Source: Patescibacteria group bacterium (lineage in GTDB: Bacteria > Patescibacteriota > Minisyncoccia > Phycocordibacterales > UBA6065). Taken from it: a DNA stretch of 55,876 nucleotides. Each line of letters opens with the position of its first letter. The stretch's first letter is position 1. Location of the stretch: NCBI GenBank assembly GCA_038063975.1, contig JBBTTY010000041.1, forward strand, positions 1-55,876, given 5' to 3'. Shown in pieces: positions 8,835 through 18,031 of the stretch. A program made the position numbers and the translations under genes. The notes under the pieces are model-generated. The model was given only the letters and a program-made list of their open reading frames with translations, ran no database searches and was not told the origin of the DNA.

Positions 8835-9278
8835 TTATTTTGCTTTTATATTTAAGGTGAAAGTCGCAGATTTGCCGTGAATAGAAACGTCTATTTTGTG
8901 CTCGCCGATTTCTTTGATCGGCTTGTCGAGTTTTATAAATTCCGGCAGGACGTCTATACGAGTTTGTTCTTTTATGAGAGAGGCGATTTCGACTGTATGA
9001 ATACCGGCAAAGAGATGGCCTTTTTCATTGGCTGGCAAAGCGACTTCTACAACTGCATCATGGAGGGATTTGATATTTTTTGAAAGCAGGTCCTCATGAA
9101 TTTTTTTATCCATCCCTTCTTGCTTTTTTATTTTTTCCACACGTTCCAACACTTGCGTCGTCGCTATTTCAGCCAATTCTCTGGGTATAAGACTGTTTAG
9201 GGCAAAACCGTCCGCTACCGTCTTTATGTCATGCTTTTTCCCCACCCCTTTTACATCCTTTATCAGTACTATTTTCAT
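8835..9278 (-). CDS. rplI: 50S ribosomal protein L9
   Basis: MKIVLIKDVKGVGKKHDIKTVADGFALN N-terminal domain, 147 aa. Confidence 0.88.
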   Translation of the reverse strand: MKIVLIKDVKGVGKKHDIKTVADGFALNSLIPRELAEIATTQVLERVEKIKKQEGMDKKIHEDLLSKNIKSLHDAVVEVALPANEKGHLFAGIHTVEIASLIKEQTRIDVLPEFIKLDKPIKEIGEHKIDVSIHGKSATFTLNIKAK

Positions 9279-9310
9279 AATCTGTACAGGTTATATTATT
9301 TTATATAGAT

Positions 9311-9431
9311 CTGCAATGTTGCTGAAATGCTTGCGAGCGGAGACTCTCGGAGCGCGGGCGCGAGAGTGAGCTGACGTGCCAGCAGGCACGTACAGCGTGC
9401 TCTGCGAGCAAGCATTCCAGCAACATTGTAG
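9311..9431 (+). repeat. Family-2 nested hairpin element, copy 1 (24-bp stem + three-way-junction core)
   Basis: CTGCAATGTTGCTGAAATGCTTGC pairs with GCAAGCATTCCAGCAACATTGTAG; core shares GGAGAC..TCGGAG..GAGAGTGAG..CAGCAG..CGTGCTC with 19571-19707 and 52321-52443. Confidence 0.85.
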
Positions 9432-9459
9432 GTGAAAGAAAGTATACTTTCTTTCACCT
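9430..9459 (-). terminator. Perfect 30-nt palindrome directly after ctp stop
   Basis: AGGTGAAAGAAAGTATACTTTCTTTCACCT. Confidence 0.5.
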
Positions 9460-9461
9460 AT

Positions 9462-10721
9462 CTATGGCTCTTTTGAAAGTAATTCCACCGCTTTATCCAT
9501 CTGTTTGTCATTTTTATTTTTCACATCATCAGCGGATAGCTCTACGACATAATCCGGCACTATTCCCTGCTGGGATATAGAATGACCATTTGGTGTCAGC
9601 CATTTTGCGATTGTCACTTTGAGGGACGTATCGGACGTAATACTCACTAATTCCTGAACTGAACCCTTGCCGAATGTTTTCGTGCCGACGAGCTTGGCCA
9701 CACCGTTTTCTGACAGAGCGCCAGCCAGAATTTCAGAAGCTGAAGCCGAACCCGCATCAACCAAAATAATCATACGTAACTTATCAGAGAAAATATTATA
9801 GCCTTTGCTTCTGTATGTACGCTCTTCTTTATCCTTGCCGAATTCTTCACGCACAATTACTTTTCCTGACGGTAAAAACCACGAAGCCATGTCGACAGCC
9901 GCCTCCAAATATCCTCCAGGATTACTTCGCAAATCGATGATCAGTTTATGTGAGCCGGAATCTATAAATTCTTTCAGGGCGTTTCGAAAGAGATTTGCCG
10001 AATTGGCGCTAAAACTGTAAAGAGAAATAGCGAATATGCCATCTTTGCGCAAGCCTGTGCCACCTCTCGCGCCGACATCTGTCACCTCGTTTTTTGTCGT
10101 CGTTTTTATCGTCGGCAAATCGATAGTCGCTCGAGTAATGATTACTTCTATAGGATTTTTTACACCTTCACGCACCAAAGTCAGTTTTACATTTGTGCCG
10201 GCTTTGCCACGAATCAGCCGCACCGCTTTGTCTGTTGGCATAGTGAGAGATTCCTTACCATCTATCATCATAATCGTGTCTCCCGCTCTAATGCCAGCTT
10301 TTTCAGCTGGAGAGTCTTTTATGGGAGAAACAACGACGAGTTTGCCGTCTTTTGCTCCCACTTCCATGCCGACACCCTCAAAGTTGCCGGCGATTTCACT
10401 CTGAAAAATTTTCGATTCCTCGGGTGGAAAGAAAACAGTATAAGGATCGCCGAGAGAGGTCGTCATGCCCTCTATGGCTCCCCAAACACGATTCTGATCG
10501 ACAGTCGTTGTGCCAGCATATTTTTGATTTATGACATTCCAGGCCGTCCAAAAAGTCGAAAAATCTACGCTTTCAGGCTTGCCCGTGTCTTTGTTTATGA
10601 TGGTAGCAATGAGACTTTCCGGAGGCACGGAAATACGGCCTGATTGAAAACCGATGAGATATGAAATAACGATGACAACTATCAATACAGCGCCGAGCGA
10701 AAGTCGTTTTGATGAATTCAT
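9462..10721 (-). CDS. Carboxy-terminal processing peptidase S41 with PDZ domain
   Basis: PDZ region (GIRAGDTIMMIDG), RSNPGGYL, SASASEILAGAL and TFGKGSVQ S41 signatures; N-terminal TM anchor. Confidence 0.88.
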   Translation of the reverse strand: MNSSKRLSLGAVLIVVIVISYLIGFQSGRISVPPESLIATIINKDTGKPESVDFSTFWTAWNVINQKYAGTTTVDQNRVWGAIEGMTTSLGDPYTVFFPPEESKIFQSEIAGNFEGVGMEVGAKDGKLVVVSPIKDSPAEKAGIRAGDTIMMIDGKESLTMPTDKAVRLIRGKAGTNVKLTLVREGVKNPIEVIITRATIDLPTIKTTTKNEVTDVGARGGTGLRKDGIFAISLYSFSANSANLFRNALKEFIDSGSHKLIIDLRSNPGGYLEAAVDMASWFLPSGKVIVREEFGKDKEERTYRSKGYNIFSDKLRMIILVDAGSASASEILAGALSENGVAKLVGTKTFGKGSVQELVSITSDTSLKVTIAKWLTPNGHSISQQGIVPDYVVELSADDVKNKNDKQMDKAVELLSKEP

Positions 10722-10760
10722 AGAGCCGATTATAATATAAACAGTATACTATACCAATAT

Positions 10761-12203
10761 ATGGATATCGAGCTTCACAATACTCTCACTAGGAAGAAAG
10801 AAAAATTCACGCCTCTCCAGCACGGTTTATTCAGCAAACCTACAATCGGCATGTATAACTGCGGCCCGACAGTTTATAACTACGCTCACATAGGAAATTT
10901 GCGGGCATATGTATTCGCTGATACTTTGAAACGCCTAATGAAAGCCAATGGATACAAAGTAAAACAAGTAATTAATATAACTGATGTAGGACACCTCACA
11001 AGCGAAGCTGATAGCGGTGAAGACAAAATAGAAAAAGCCAGCGAGCGCGAGCACAAATCGGCATGGGATATAGCCAAATTTTATACAGACGCTTTTTTTG
11101 AAGATTTAACCCTTCTCAATATTGACACTCAAGGTACGAAATTTCCAAGGGCCACTGATTATATTTCGGAGCAAATAAAAATAATAAAAACGCTAGAGAC
11201 GAAAGGTTTTACTTATCGCACTTCTGATGGCATTTATTTTGATACGTCAAAATTTCCTGGATATGGCAAATTAGGTGGTTTGTATGGTATGGGTAAAGAT
11301 TTAAAAATTGATAATCAATTAAATCTTAGTTCGAGAATTGGTTTAGATAATGAAAAAAGAAACCAACGAGATTTTGCTCTCTGGAAATTCTCTCCAAAAG
11401 GTGAAAAGCGCGATATGGAATGGCCATCGCCCTGGGGTGTAGGTTTTCCCGGCTGGCATATTGAATGTTCTGCTATGTCTCGAGCTTTGCTTGGTGAAAC
11501 TTTTGATATACACACGGGCGGTATAGATCATATACCCACTCATCACAATAATGAGATTGCTCAATCCGAAGGCTCACAAGGCAAACCTTTTGTCCGTTAT
11601 TGGATGCATAATGCTTTTATAAATATTCAGGGCGAAAAGATGGCAAAATCCGACGAAAATTTTATTACTCTCCAATCAGTCAAAGAAAAAGGCTATTCTC
11701 CCCTAGCCTATCGTTATTTCCTCTTGGGTGCTCGATATTCCACACCGCTCAATTTCACATGGCAGGCTCTAGACGGGGCGGCAAATGCATACAAGAAACT
11801 AATTACGGCTGTTTGCGAACTACCTTTGGGTGGAAAAGTAAATAAAGAAATTTGGAATCGAGCTCTCGGTTTTGTCGCAGATGATTTGGATACGCCGAAA
11901 GTTCTGGCACTCTGTTGGGATCTTTTAAAAGACGACAAACTCTCTCCCGCCGACAAAAAAGCGACGATTATAAAGATCGACGAAATGCTCGGACTTAAAC
12001 TAGGAGAAAAAGAAGACAAAATTGAAATCCCTGAAAATATTTTGAAACTGGTGAATGAACGTAAGAATGCCCGCGACAAAAAAGATTGGAAAAAATCCGA
12101 TCAGTTACGCGAGCAGATTACAAAACTCGGTTTTGAAGTGAAGGATACTGCCGAAGGTCAGAAAATCGTTTCCCCATCTTCTCCCCACGTTGTAAACGTT
12201 TGA
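10761..12203 (+). CDS. cysS: Cysteine--tRNA ligase
   Basis: CGPTVYNYAHIGNLR (HIGH) and KMAKS (KMSKS) motifs; TGA stop. Confidence 0.92.
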   Translation: MDIELHNTLTRKKEKFTPLQHGLFSKPTIGMYNCGPTVYNYAHIGNLRAYVFADTLKRLMKANGYKVKQVINITDVGHLTSEADSGEDKIEKASEREHKSAWDIAKFYTDAFFEDLTLLNIDTQGTKFPRATDYISEQIKIIKTLETKGFTYRTSDGIYFDTSKFPGYGKLGGLYGMGKDLKIDNQLNLSSRIGLDNEKRNQRDFALWKFSPKGEKRDMEWPSPWGVGFPGWHIECSAMSRALLGETFDIHTGGIDHIPTHHNNEIAQSEGSQGKPFVRYWMHNAFINIQGEKMAKSDENFITLQSVKEKGYSPLAYRYFLLGARYSTPLNFTWQALDGAANAYKKLITAVCELPLGGKVNKEIWNRALGFVADDLDTPKVLALCWDLLKDDKLSPADKKATIIKIDEMLGLKLGEKEDKIEIPENILKLVNERKNARDKKDWKKSDQLREQITKLGFEVKDTAEGQKIVSPSSPHVVNV

Positions 12204-12242
12204 ATTTTCTGTATCCGATTTTTTAAATGCTAAAATGTCTCC

Positions 12243-13625
12243 ATGCAACGCATTGGAGATCATATACGCGTGCCGCCACAGTCACTTGAAGCCGAGCAGG
12301 CACTGATTGGTTCTGTCATGCTTCGTCCCGAAGCTATCCATGATGTCAGTGATGTCGTGCGCGAAGAAGATTTTTACGCAGACAAGCACCGAGTGGTTTG
12401 GCGGGCCTGTTTGGAACTCGTTTCAAAAGCCGAACCGATAGACTTGCTCTCTCTCTCGACGAAACTCAAAGACAAAAACGAACTCGATAGAATTGGCGGT
12501 TCTTCGTATCTTTCGGAGCTCGTCAGTCTGGTGCCTTCGGCTTCAAATGTGCGCCACTATGCGACCATAGTTCAGAAAAAAAGTATGATGCGCCGGCTGA
12601 TAGAAGCCGGAGAGCATATTTCAACTATGAGTTTTTCCGAAGAAGGCGATTTGGAGGAAATCATAGACAATGCCGAAAAGCGTCTCTTCGACGTCACCAA
12701 TTCCGTGGGTACTCATAAATTTGTCGAATTGAAAGACACCCTTCACGAAGCTTGGGAACAAATCGAAAGATTGCATTCATCTGGAGATGAATTACGCGGC
12801 GTGCCGACTGGTTTCAAAGCTCTCGATAACAAACTTTCTGGTTTGCAAAAATCAGATCTCATCATATTGGCGGCCAGACCTTCTATGGGTAAAACTTCTC
12901 TGGCTCTCGATATCGCTCGTCAGGCGGCGGTAAAACATAAAATTCCAACCGCCATATTTTCCCTAGAAATGAGTGCCCAGCAATTGGTCCAGAGGATGCT
13001 TGCGGCGGAATCCAAAATTGATGCCTGGAAACTACGTACAGGCAAAGGTCTGAAGATGGAAGAACTCTCAACTCATTTGCGCGATGCCATGGGAGTGCTC
13101 TCCCAAGCTCCTATTTATGTAGATGATCAGCCGGGTAATACTATTTTGAAGATGCGCGCCATCGCCAGACGCCTCAAGGCAGAAAAAAATCTCGGACTGA
13201 TCATCGTTGACTACCTCCAGCTCATGACCCCTACTCAATCGCGCGGTTCGGATAATCTGGTACAGCAGATAACAGAAATTTCCCGATCACTCAAAAATCT
13301 GGCGCGCGATTTGGATGTGCCTGTGCTTGCCTTGTCACAACTCTCACGGGCTGTTGAAAACCGCGGAGGCAAACCTCGCCTCTCCGATCTCCGTGATTCT
13401 GGTTCTATAGAACAAGATGCCGATGTTGTCATGTTCATTCACCGCGAAAAAGATGAGAGTGGCGAACAAGCCAAATCGCGAGATACGACAATTCTCATAG
13501 AAAAGCACAGAAATGGCCCGACTGGCGAAGTGAAACTTATTTTTGATAGTAGTAAGTCCACTTTCCTGTCTGCCGAAAAAGCCGACTTTGGTGATTTTGT
13601 TCAAGTTGAGGACGAATCGTTTTAA
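12243..13625 (+). CDS. dnaB: Replicative DNA helicase DnaB
   Basis: PPQSLEAEQALIGS N-terminus, Walker A ARPSMGKTS, DYLQLM, RELQSR-like SQLSRAVE. Confidence 0.92.
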   Translation: MQRIGDHIRVPPQSLEAEQALIGSVMLRPEAIHDVSDVVREEDFYADKHRVVWRACLELVSKAEPIDLLSLSTKLKDKNELDRIGGSSYLSELVSLVPSASNVRHYATIVQKKSMMRRLIEAGEHISTMSFSEEGDLEEIIDNAEKRLFDVTNSVGTHKFVELKDTLHEAWEQIERLHSSGDELRGVPTGFKALDNKLSGLQKSDLIILAARPSMGKTSLALDIARQAAVKHKIPTAIFSLEMSAQQLVQRMLAAESKIDAWKLRTGKGLKMEELSTHLRDAMGVLSQAPIYVDDQPGNTILKMRAIARRLKAEKNLGLIIVDYLQLMTPTQSRGSDNLVQQITEISRSLKNLARDLDVPVLALSQLSRAVENRGGKPRLSDLRDSGSIEQDADVVMFIHREKDESGEQAKSRDTTILIEKHRNGPTGEVKLIFDSSKSTFLSAEKADFGDFVQVEDESF

Positions 13626-13634
13626 AGTACTTCG

Positions 13635-13663
13635 AAAAATAGTGCTCCACAAGCACTATTTTT
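13635..13663 (+). terminator. Intrinsic terminator after dnaB
   Basis: AAAAATAGTGCT CCACA AGCACTATTTTT. Confidence 0.65.
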
Positions 13664-13686
13664 CTGCGCTTGTTATAATTTCATTC

Positions 13687-14319
13687 ATGGACCACTTGAA
13701 TCGTCTGCATGAGCTGTTTCGGCAGTTTCCCGGCATAGGGCCAAGGCAGGCCAAAAGATTTGTCTATTTTCTACTTGGTACGACTGATGGTTTTCGCAGT
13801 TCTCTAGCCAAAGAAATTACTGAATTGGTTTCTCGGGTTACTTTATGTACTTCTTGTTTTCGATTTTTTGATAGAAAAAGTTCTGGCAAAAACCTCTGTT
13901 CTGTCTGTTCTGATGACTCTCGGGACGTGAACTGCCTCTTGCTCGTGGCAAAAGATATAGACCTCGATGCTGTCGAAAAGAGTAAAGTTTATAACGGCTA
14001 TTATTTCGTTTTGGGTAATCAATTATCTCTCATAGAAAAGGAACCTGAATCAAAAATACGGACAAAAGAACTCGTGCGAATAATTGAACATCGTACAAAA
14101 AGTGGTCTAAAAGAAATTATTCTGGCTCTCTCTTTAAATAACGAAGGCGAACATACGCGCGAGTTCGTGGAGGGCCTCATATCCCCTCTCGTCAAAAAAC
14201 ATTTTCTCAAAGTTTCTATTCTCGGTCGAGGACTTTCCACCGGAACAGAATTGGAATATTCAGATACCGAAACGATCAGAAATGCTCTGGCGAGCAGAAA
14301 AGAAGAAGTGATTATGTAA
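13687..14319 (+). CDS. recR: Recombination protein RecR
   Basis: LHELFRQFPGIGPRQAKRF HhH, C4 Zn finger CTSC...CSVC, Toprim region; ORF-track start 13543 overlaps dnaB, trimmed to ATG 13687. Confidence 0.88.
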   Translation: MDHLNRLHELFRQFPGIGPRQAKRFVYFLLGTTDGFRSSLAKEITELVSRVTLCTSCFRFFDRKSSGKNLCSVCSDDSRDVNCLLLVAKDIDLDAVEKSKVYNGYYFVLGNQLSLIEKEPESKIRTKELVRIIEHRTKSGLKEIILALSLNNEGEHTREFVEGLISPLVKKHFLKVSILGRGLSTGTELEYSDTETIRNALASRKEEVIM

Positions 14320-14331
14320 CAAAAACAAAAA

Positions 14332-14353
14332 CCGTCCGAAAAAACGGACGGTC
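14332..14353 (-). terminator. Hairpin terminator (T-run on minus strand)
   Basis: ACCGTCCG AAAAAA CGGACGGT; minus-strand reading is followed by TTTTTGTTTTTG. Confidence 0.55.
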
Positions 14354-14358
14354 TCGAG

Positions 14359-14601
14359 CTACGGTAATGGATCAAAAAATATTCCTGTCATACAACATCT
14401 GGGACACAAAATTTCACTTTCCATTCTTTTTACTTCTTTCATATCTGTCACAAACGGACGATATTTTGCCCCTTTGATAATCCTATCAACAATAGAAGAC
14501 CTAGATCCTTCTGGAATTTCTTCTTCAGATTTCAAAACCGGTACCAAAAAAGCATTTCCACACGTATGGGTAAATACATGATAAAAAATATATTTATTCA
14601 T
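14359..14601 (-). CDS. Small hypothetical protein (80 aa)
   Basis: Good SD (AAAAGGAGATATTA before ATG), own terminator; contains CPRCC; no recognised family. Confidence 0.45.
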   Translation of the reverse strand: MNKYIFYHVFTHTCGNAFLVPVLKSEEEIPEGSRSSIVDRIIKGAKYRPFVTDMKEVKRMESEILCPRCCMTGIFFDPLP

Positions 14602-14704
14602 TAATATCTCCTTTTATCAAAATCCTAACACAATAATTTAAAAAATCAAAGTTTACGAAATCGATTATGTAAAATATGTAAAAAAACTATACCTGCCGTT
14701 TTTT

Positions 14705-15703
14705 TTACTTCTTCCTCTTCAAAACTTTCATGACGGCGGTTTTTATGTGAGAAGTTCCCATGCCGTAATGTTCTACGAGCTCCACTGGCGTGCCTGATTG
14801 GCCAAATTTGTCGCAGATGCCTATAAATTCAATCGGCACAGGTAAATTTGAGGCGAGCAATTCAGCAATTGCACTTCCCATACCTCCGGCAATCTGATGC
14901 TCTTCTACTGTGACGATGGCACCGGTAGATTTCGCCACTGCCAATATTATTTTCTCGTCGAGAGGTTTTATAGTAGATAGATTGACAACAGTCACACCGA
15001 CTTTTTCTTTTTCCAATTCTCTGGCGACCATGAGCGCTCGGTAAACGAGAGCTCCTGTGGCTATGATAGCGACGTCTGGTTTACCTGTAATCGGTTCAAA
15101 ATAGATTTGCGCCTTGCCTATTTCAAAAGGCGTATTTTCGGTCGTTATAACGGGCGTTTTGTCCCGAATAAGACGTATATATATAGGTGTTTTTGTCTTC
15201 GCGGCCTCAATAGTCGCCTTTTTAGCTTCAATGTGATCACAAGGAGAAATAACCGTCATATTTGGCAAGACGCGCATGAGAGCGATATCTTCAATCGCTT
15301 GGTGTGTGCCACCATCAGGACCCACAGAAACTCCGGCGTGAGAGCCTATAATTTTTACAGGCACATCATTGTATGCGATGGTCGTGCGTATCTGCTCCCA
15401 ATTTCGGCCCGGGGAAAACATGGCATAAGAAGAGACAAAAGGAATTTTGCCCATGGAAGCCATGCCGGAAGCGACGGTTACCAAATTTTGCTCCGCCACA
15501 CCGATTTCTACAAATCTCTTTGGAAATTTTTCGGCGAAAAGGTGCATTTGAGTGGACTCAGTCAAATCAGCGCAGAGCCCAACCATATTTGTGTCTTTTT
15601 CCCCTGCCTCAAGTAAGCCCTGGCCAAAACCTTTTCGAATTGGCACTTGTTCGACGTCTCTGTCGAATACTTTTGGATTTAATTTTTGGTTTTGGGAAAT
15701 CAT
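14705..15703 (-). CDS. Transketolase, C-terminal (pyrimidine-binding + C-terminal domain) subunit
   Basis: FVEIGVAEQNLV, typical Pyr/C-terminal halves of split transketolase, 332 aa. Confidence 0.88.
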   Translation of the reverse strand: MISQNQKLNPKVFDRDVEQVPIRKGFGQGLLEAGEKDTNMVGLCADLTESTQMHLFAEKFPKRFVEIGVAEQNLVTVASGMASMGKIPFVSSYAMFSPGRNWEQIRTTIAYNDVPVKIIGSHAGVSVGPDGGTHQAIEDIALMRVLPNMTVISPCDHIEAKKATIEAAKTKTPIYIRLIRDKTPVITTENTPFEIGKAQIYFEPITGKPDVAIIATGALVYRALMVARELEKEKVGVTVVNLSTIKPLDEKIILAVAKSTGAIVTVEEHQIAGGMGSAIAELLASNLPVPIEFIGICDKFGQSGTPVELVEHYGMGTSHIKTAVMKVLKRKK

Positions 15704-15735
15704 ACAATAGGCTTGATCATTGCCTGTTTAGTATA

Positions 15736-16038
15736 TCACCCGTGTGTTGGTTTTACAGTGAGTGTAAGGTTAAGACCTTTGGTTATTTTTTGTAGAAACG
15801 AGAGTGTTGGATTCCCCCTACCAGATTCAAAGCGTGCGAGGGATGATTGAGCTATCTTTATACGTTTTGAAAATTCTCTCTGTGAAAGTTTCTTTTCATT
15901 TCTAGCTTTAATTAAAGCCCTTATGATACTAAATTCAAACTCCATGTCGTCATAAACCTTTTTTAGCTCAGGGTCATTTTCAAAAGCCTCTTTTATTACT
16001 TGTTTATGATTTATAAATTTTAATTTTTTCATATCCAT
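15736..16038 (-). CDS. XRE-family HTH antitoxin (HigA-like)
   Basis: LSQREFSKRIKIAQSSLARFESGRGNPTLSFLQKI HTH_XRE core; sits 10 nt downstream of a RelE/Gp49-like toxin remnant. Confidence 0.75.
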   Translation of the reverse strand: MDMKKLKFINHKQVIKEAFENDPELKKVYDDMEFEFSIIRALIKARNEKKLSQREFSKRIKIAQSSLARFESGRGNPTLSFLQKITKGLNLTLTVKPTHG

Positions 16039-16047
16039 AATGATAGC

Positions 16048-16324
16048 TTATGTGTTATCAGAACGCAACAGGTTCATAAGGTTAATTGCTTTGTCAATAT
16101 CTTTTCTTTTTAATTTATTTTGTTTCTTTGTCACAATATGCAAAAGATAAGCTTTATTATTATGAAAACAATACAAAATTCTAATCTCCGTGTCTCGAGT
16201 TTTAATTCTAAGTTCAAATAATCCTTTCCTCAAAGATTTTGAAAATGGTAAAGAGATTTGATTTTTTGAATTTATCTAGTTCCTCTATTTTTTGCTGTAC
16301 TTTTAAAAAGTATTCAATTTCCAT
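16048..16324 (-). pseudogene. RelE/ParE-superfamily (HigB / Gp49-like) toxin interrupted by a frameshift
   Basis: ATG 16324 opens a 36-codon frame (MEIEYFLKVQQKIEELDKFKKSNLFTIFKIFEE..) that stops at 16214-16216; the family core LFELRIKTRDTEIRILYCF..LLHIVTKKQNKL continues in another frame from 16233. Confidence 0.6.
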
Positions 16325-16414
16325 CACCAAACCCTAACAAATGGGAGATAAAGAAAAGATAAAGAAAATTTAATAACTTATTTGACCCTACGGCAAGGTT
16401 ATGATCGGTATATT

Positions 16415-17281
16415 TTATTCGTGCTCGCTCCTTATCTTGCCTCCAAGCGTGCGAAGCTCTCTCAATGCCATCTCTGCTTCTTTTTTATTCGGCGCTTTGC
16501 CGTGCCATTCGTATTTGCGTTCGAATTCAGAAACACCACGACCTGGGATAGTGTGAGCGATGATAACCGTCGGCTTTTCAAAAATAGTTTTGGCTTCATC
16601 AAATGCCAAAACGATTTCGGCTATGGAGTTCCCATCAATTTCTATGACATGCCAGTTGAAGGTTATGTATTTGTTTGCCAGAGGTTCGAGGGGCATAATG
16701 TTTTCCGTATAGCCGTCTATTTGAATGTTGTTTCTATCAACCACACAGACGAGATTATTTAGTTTCTCTTTGCCGGCTAGCATTATGGCTTCCCACGTAT
16801 TACCTTCATCATGCTCACCATCCGAAGTGAGGCAGTAAATCCTTTTTTGTGTTTGTTTACCGTTATCAATTCTATCTGCCAGAGCCATACCGACGGCTTG
16901 AGAGAGACCGGCGCCGAGAGGCCCTGAACTGGTTTCGAGCATGGGTAAATATTCGCGATGAGGATGACCCTGCAGACGTGTGCCGAATTTACGGAGAGTT
17001 TTTAGTTCGTCCACTGGAAAATAGCCGGCATGAGCCATAGTCGCATAGAGCACAGGAGCTATGTGGCCGTTCGAAAGTACCAGACGATCACGCTCTGGCC
17101 AGCGTGGTTTTTTTGGATCGTGTTTCAGGGTGTGAAAATATAGAGTTGTGAAAACATCAGCCATACCGAGAGACCCTGCAGTATGTCCAGAACCCGCTTC
17201 CAAGAGCATTTCTATGATCGAACGACGTATATCATTCGCTTTTATTTCCAACTCTTTTATTTTTGATTGTGTGAGTATCAT
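16415..17281 (-). CDS. Transketolase, N-terminal (thiamine-diphosphate-binding) subunit
   Basis: GSGHTAGSLG, SNGH, LTSDGEHDEGNTWEA (GDG-x-N ThDP motif). Confidence 0.88.
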   Translation of the reverse strand: MILTQSKIKELEIKANDIRRSIIEMLLEAGSGHTAGSLGMADVFTTLYFHTLKHDPKKPRWPERDRLVLSNGHIAPVLYATMAHAGYFPVDELKTLRKFGTRLQGHPHREYLPMLETSSGPLGAGLSQAVGMALADRIDNGKQTQKRIYCLTSDGEHDEGNTWEAIMLAGKEKLNNLVCVVDRNNIQIDGYTENIMPLEPLANKYITFNWHVIEIDGNSIAEIVLAFDEAKTIFEKPTVIIAHTIPGRGVSEFERKYEWHGKAPNKKEAEMALRELRTLGGKIRSEHE

Positions 17282-17995
17282 TTAAAGAGCCCTGAGTGTC
17301 TTTAGTGTATCAGAAAAATTAGTGGCATTGAATAGATAGGAACCCACTATCAGTTTATCCGCACCAGCGGAAATTAGAAGTTTTGCCGTATCTATATTTA
17401 TTCCTCCATCAACTGAAATTATAATAGATGGATATGCGACTTTCAGACCACGAATCAAATCGAGTGATTGGGGATCAAAATCTTGACCCTGAAAACCGAT
17501 TTTGGAAATGCCCATGACTTGGACAAAGTGGATTTGAGACGCAATTTCTTTGATTGAATCGGCAGAATCATCAGCTTGTAGGGCTATACCGAGCTCAACA
17601 TCAAAAGGTCCAAGTTCTGGAGAATGTTTTCCATAGTGACGGATGATATTTGCCAGTTCTATCTCATCAACGCTTCTCTTATGAACAATAATTTTTGAAG
17701 CGCCAGCAGAAATAAAATCAGCAATTTTTTCATAAGGATTTTTGACCATGAGATCAAATTCAAAATCCAACTCTTCCCAATGGGGCAGAGCTTTTTCTTG
17801 GTTTACAATCCTTTCAAAAATCTGATCATTTATTTCGCTCTTTGCACCTTTTAAATATGGCCACGTACGATTTGCCACATAAACTCCGTCGCAGATATCT
17901 ATTTGAACCACACTACTGTGACCTACAACAATATCGAGTTTTGATTCTAATTCTGCATATGATTTTGGAAGTATTGCTGGAATAATTTCTACCAT
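17282..17995 (-). CDS. Ribulose-phosphate 3-epimerase-like TIM-barrel protein (divergent)
   Basis: IPAIL..., MGISKIGFQGQDF, SVDGGI, GADKLIVGSYLF align to Rpe, but the two metal-binding His positions read QID and FDLMV. Confidence 0.6.
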   Translation of the reverse strand: MVEIIPAILPKSYAELESKLDIVVGHSSVVQIDICDGVYVANRTWPYLKGAKSEINDQIFERIVNQEKALPHWEELDFEFDLMVKNPYEKIADFISAGASKIIVHKRSVDEIELANIIRHYGKHSPELGPFDVELGIALQADDSADSIKEIASQIHFVQVMGISKIGFQGQDFDPQSLDLIRGLKVAYPSIIISVDGGINIDTAKLLISAGADKLIVGSYLFNATNFSDTLKTLRAL

Positions 17996-18031
17996 AGTTT
18001 TGAAGTGATTATAATAAGGTTAATTGAAAAC

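Noticed and set aside
9335-9407. Assignment of the family-2 core to a known self-cleaving ribozyme (hammerhead, twister, pistol, hatchet, HDV-like) or to SRP RNA because of the AGCA loop
   Set aside because: It is a three-way junction but lacks the CUGAUGA/GAAA hammerhead core, and I could not match the other consensus cores from memory. AGCA here is a terminal loop, not the SRP domain IV internal loop. The element is left unclassified rather than named.
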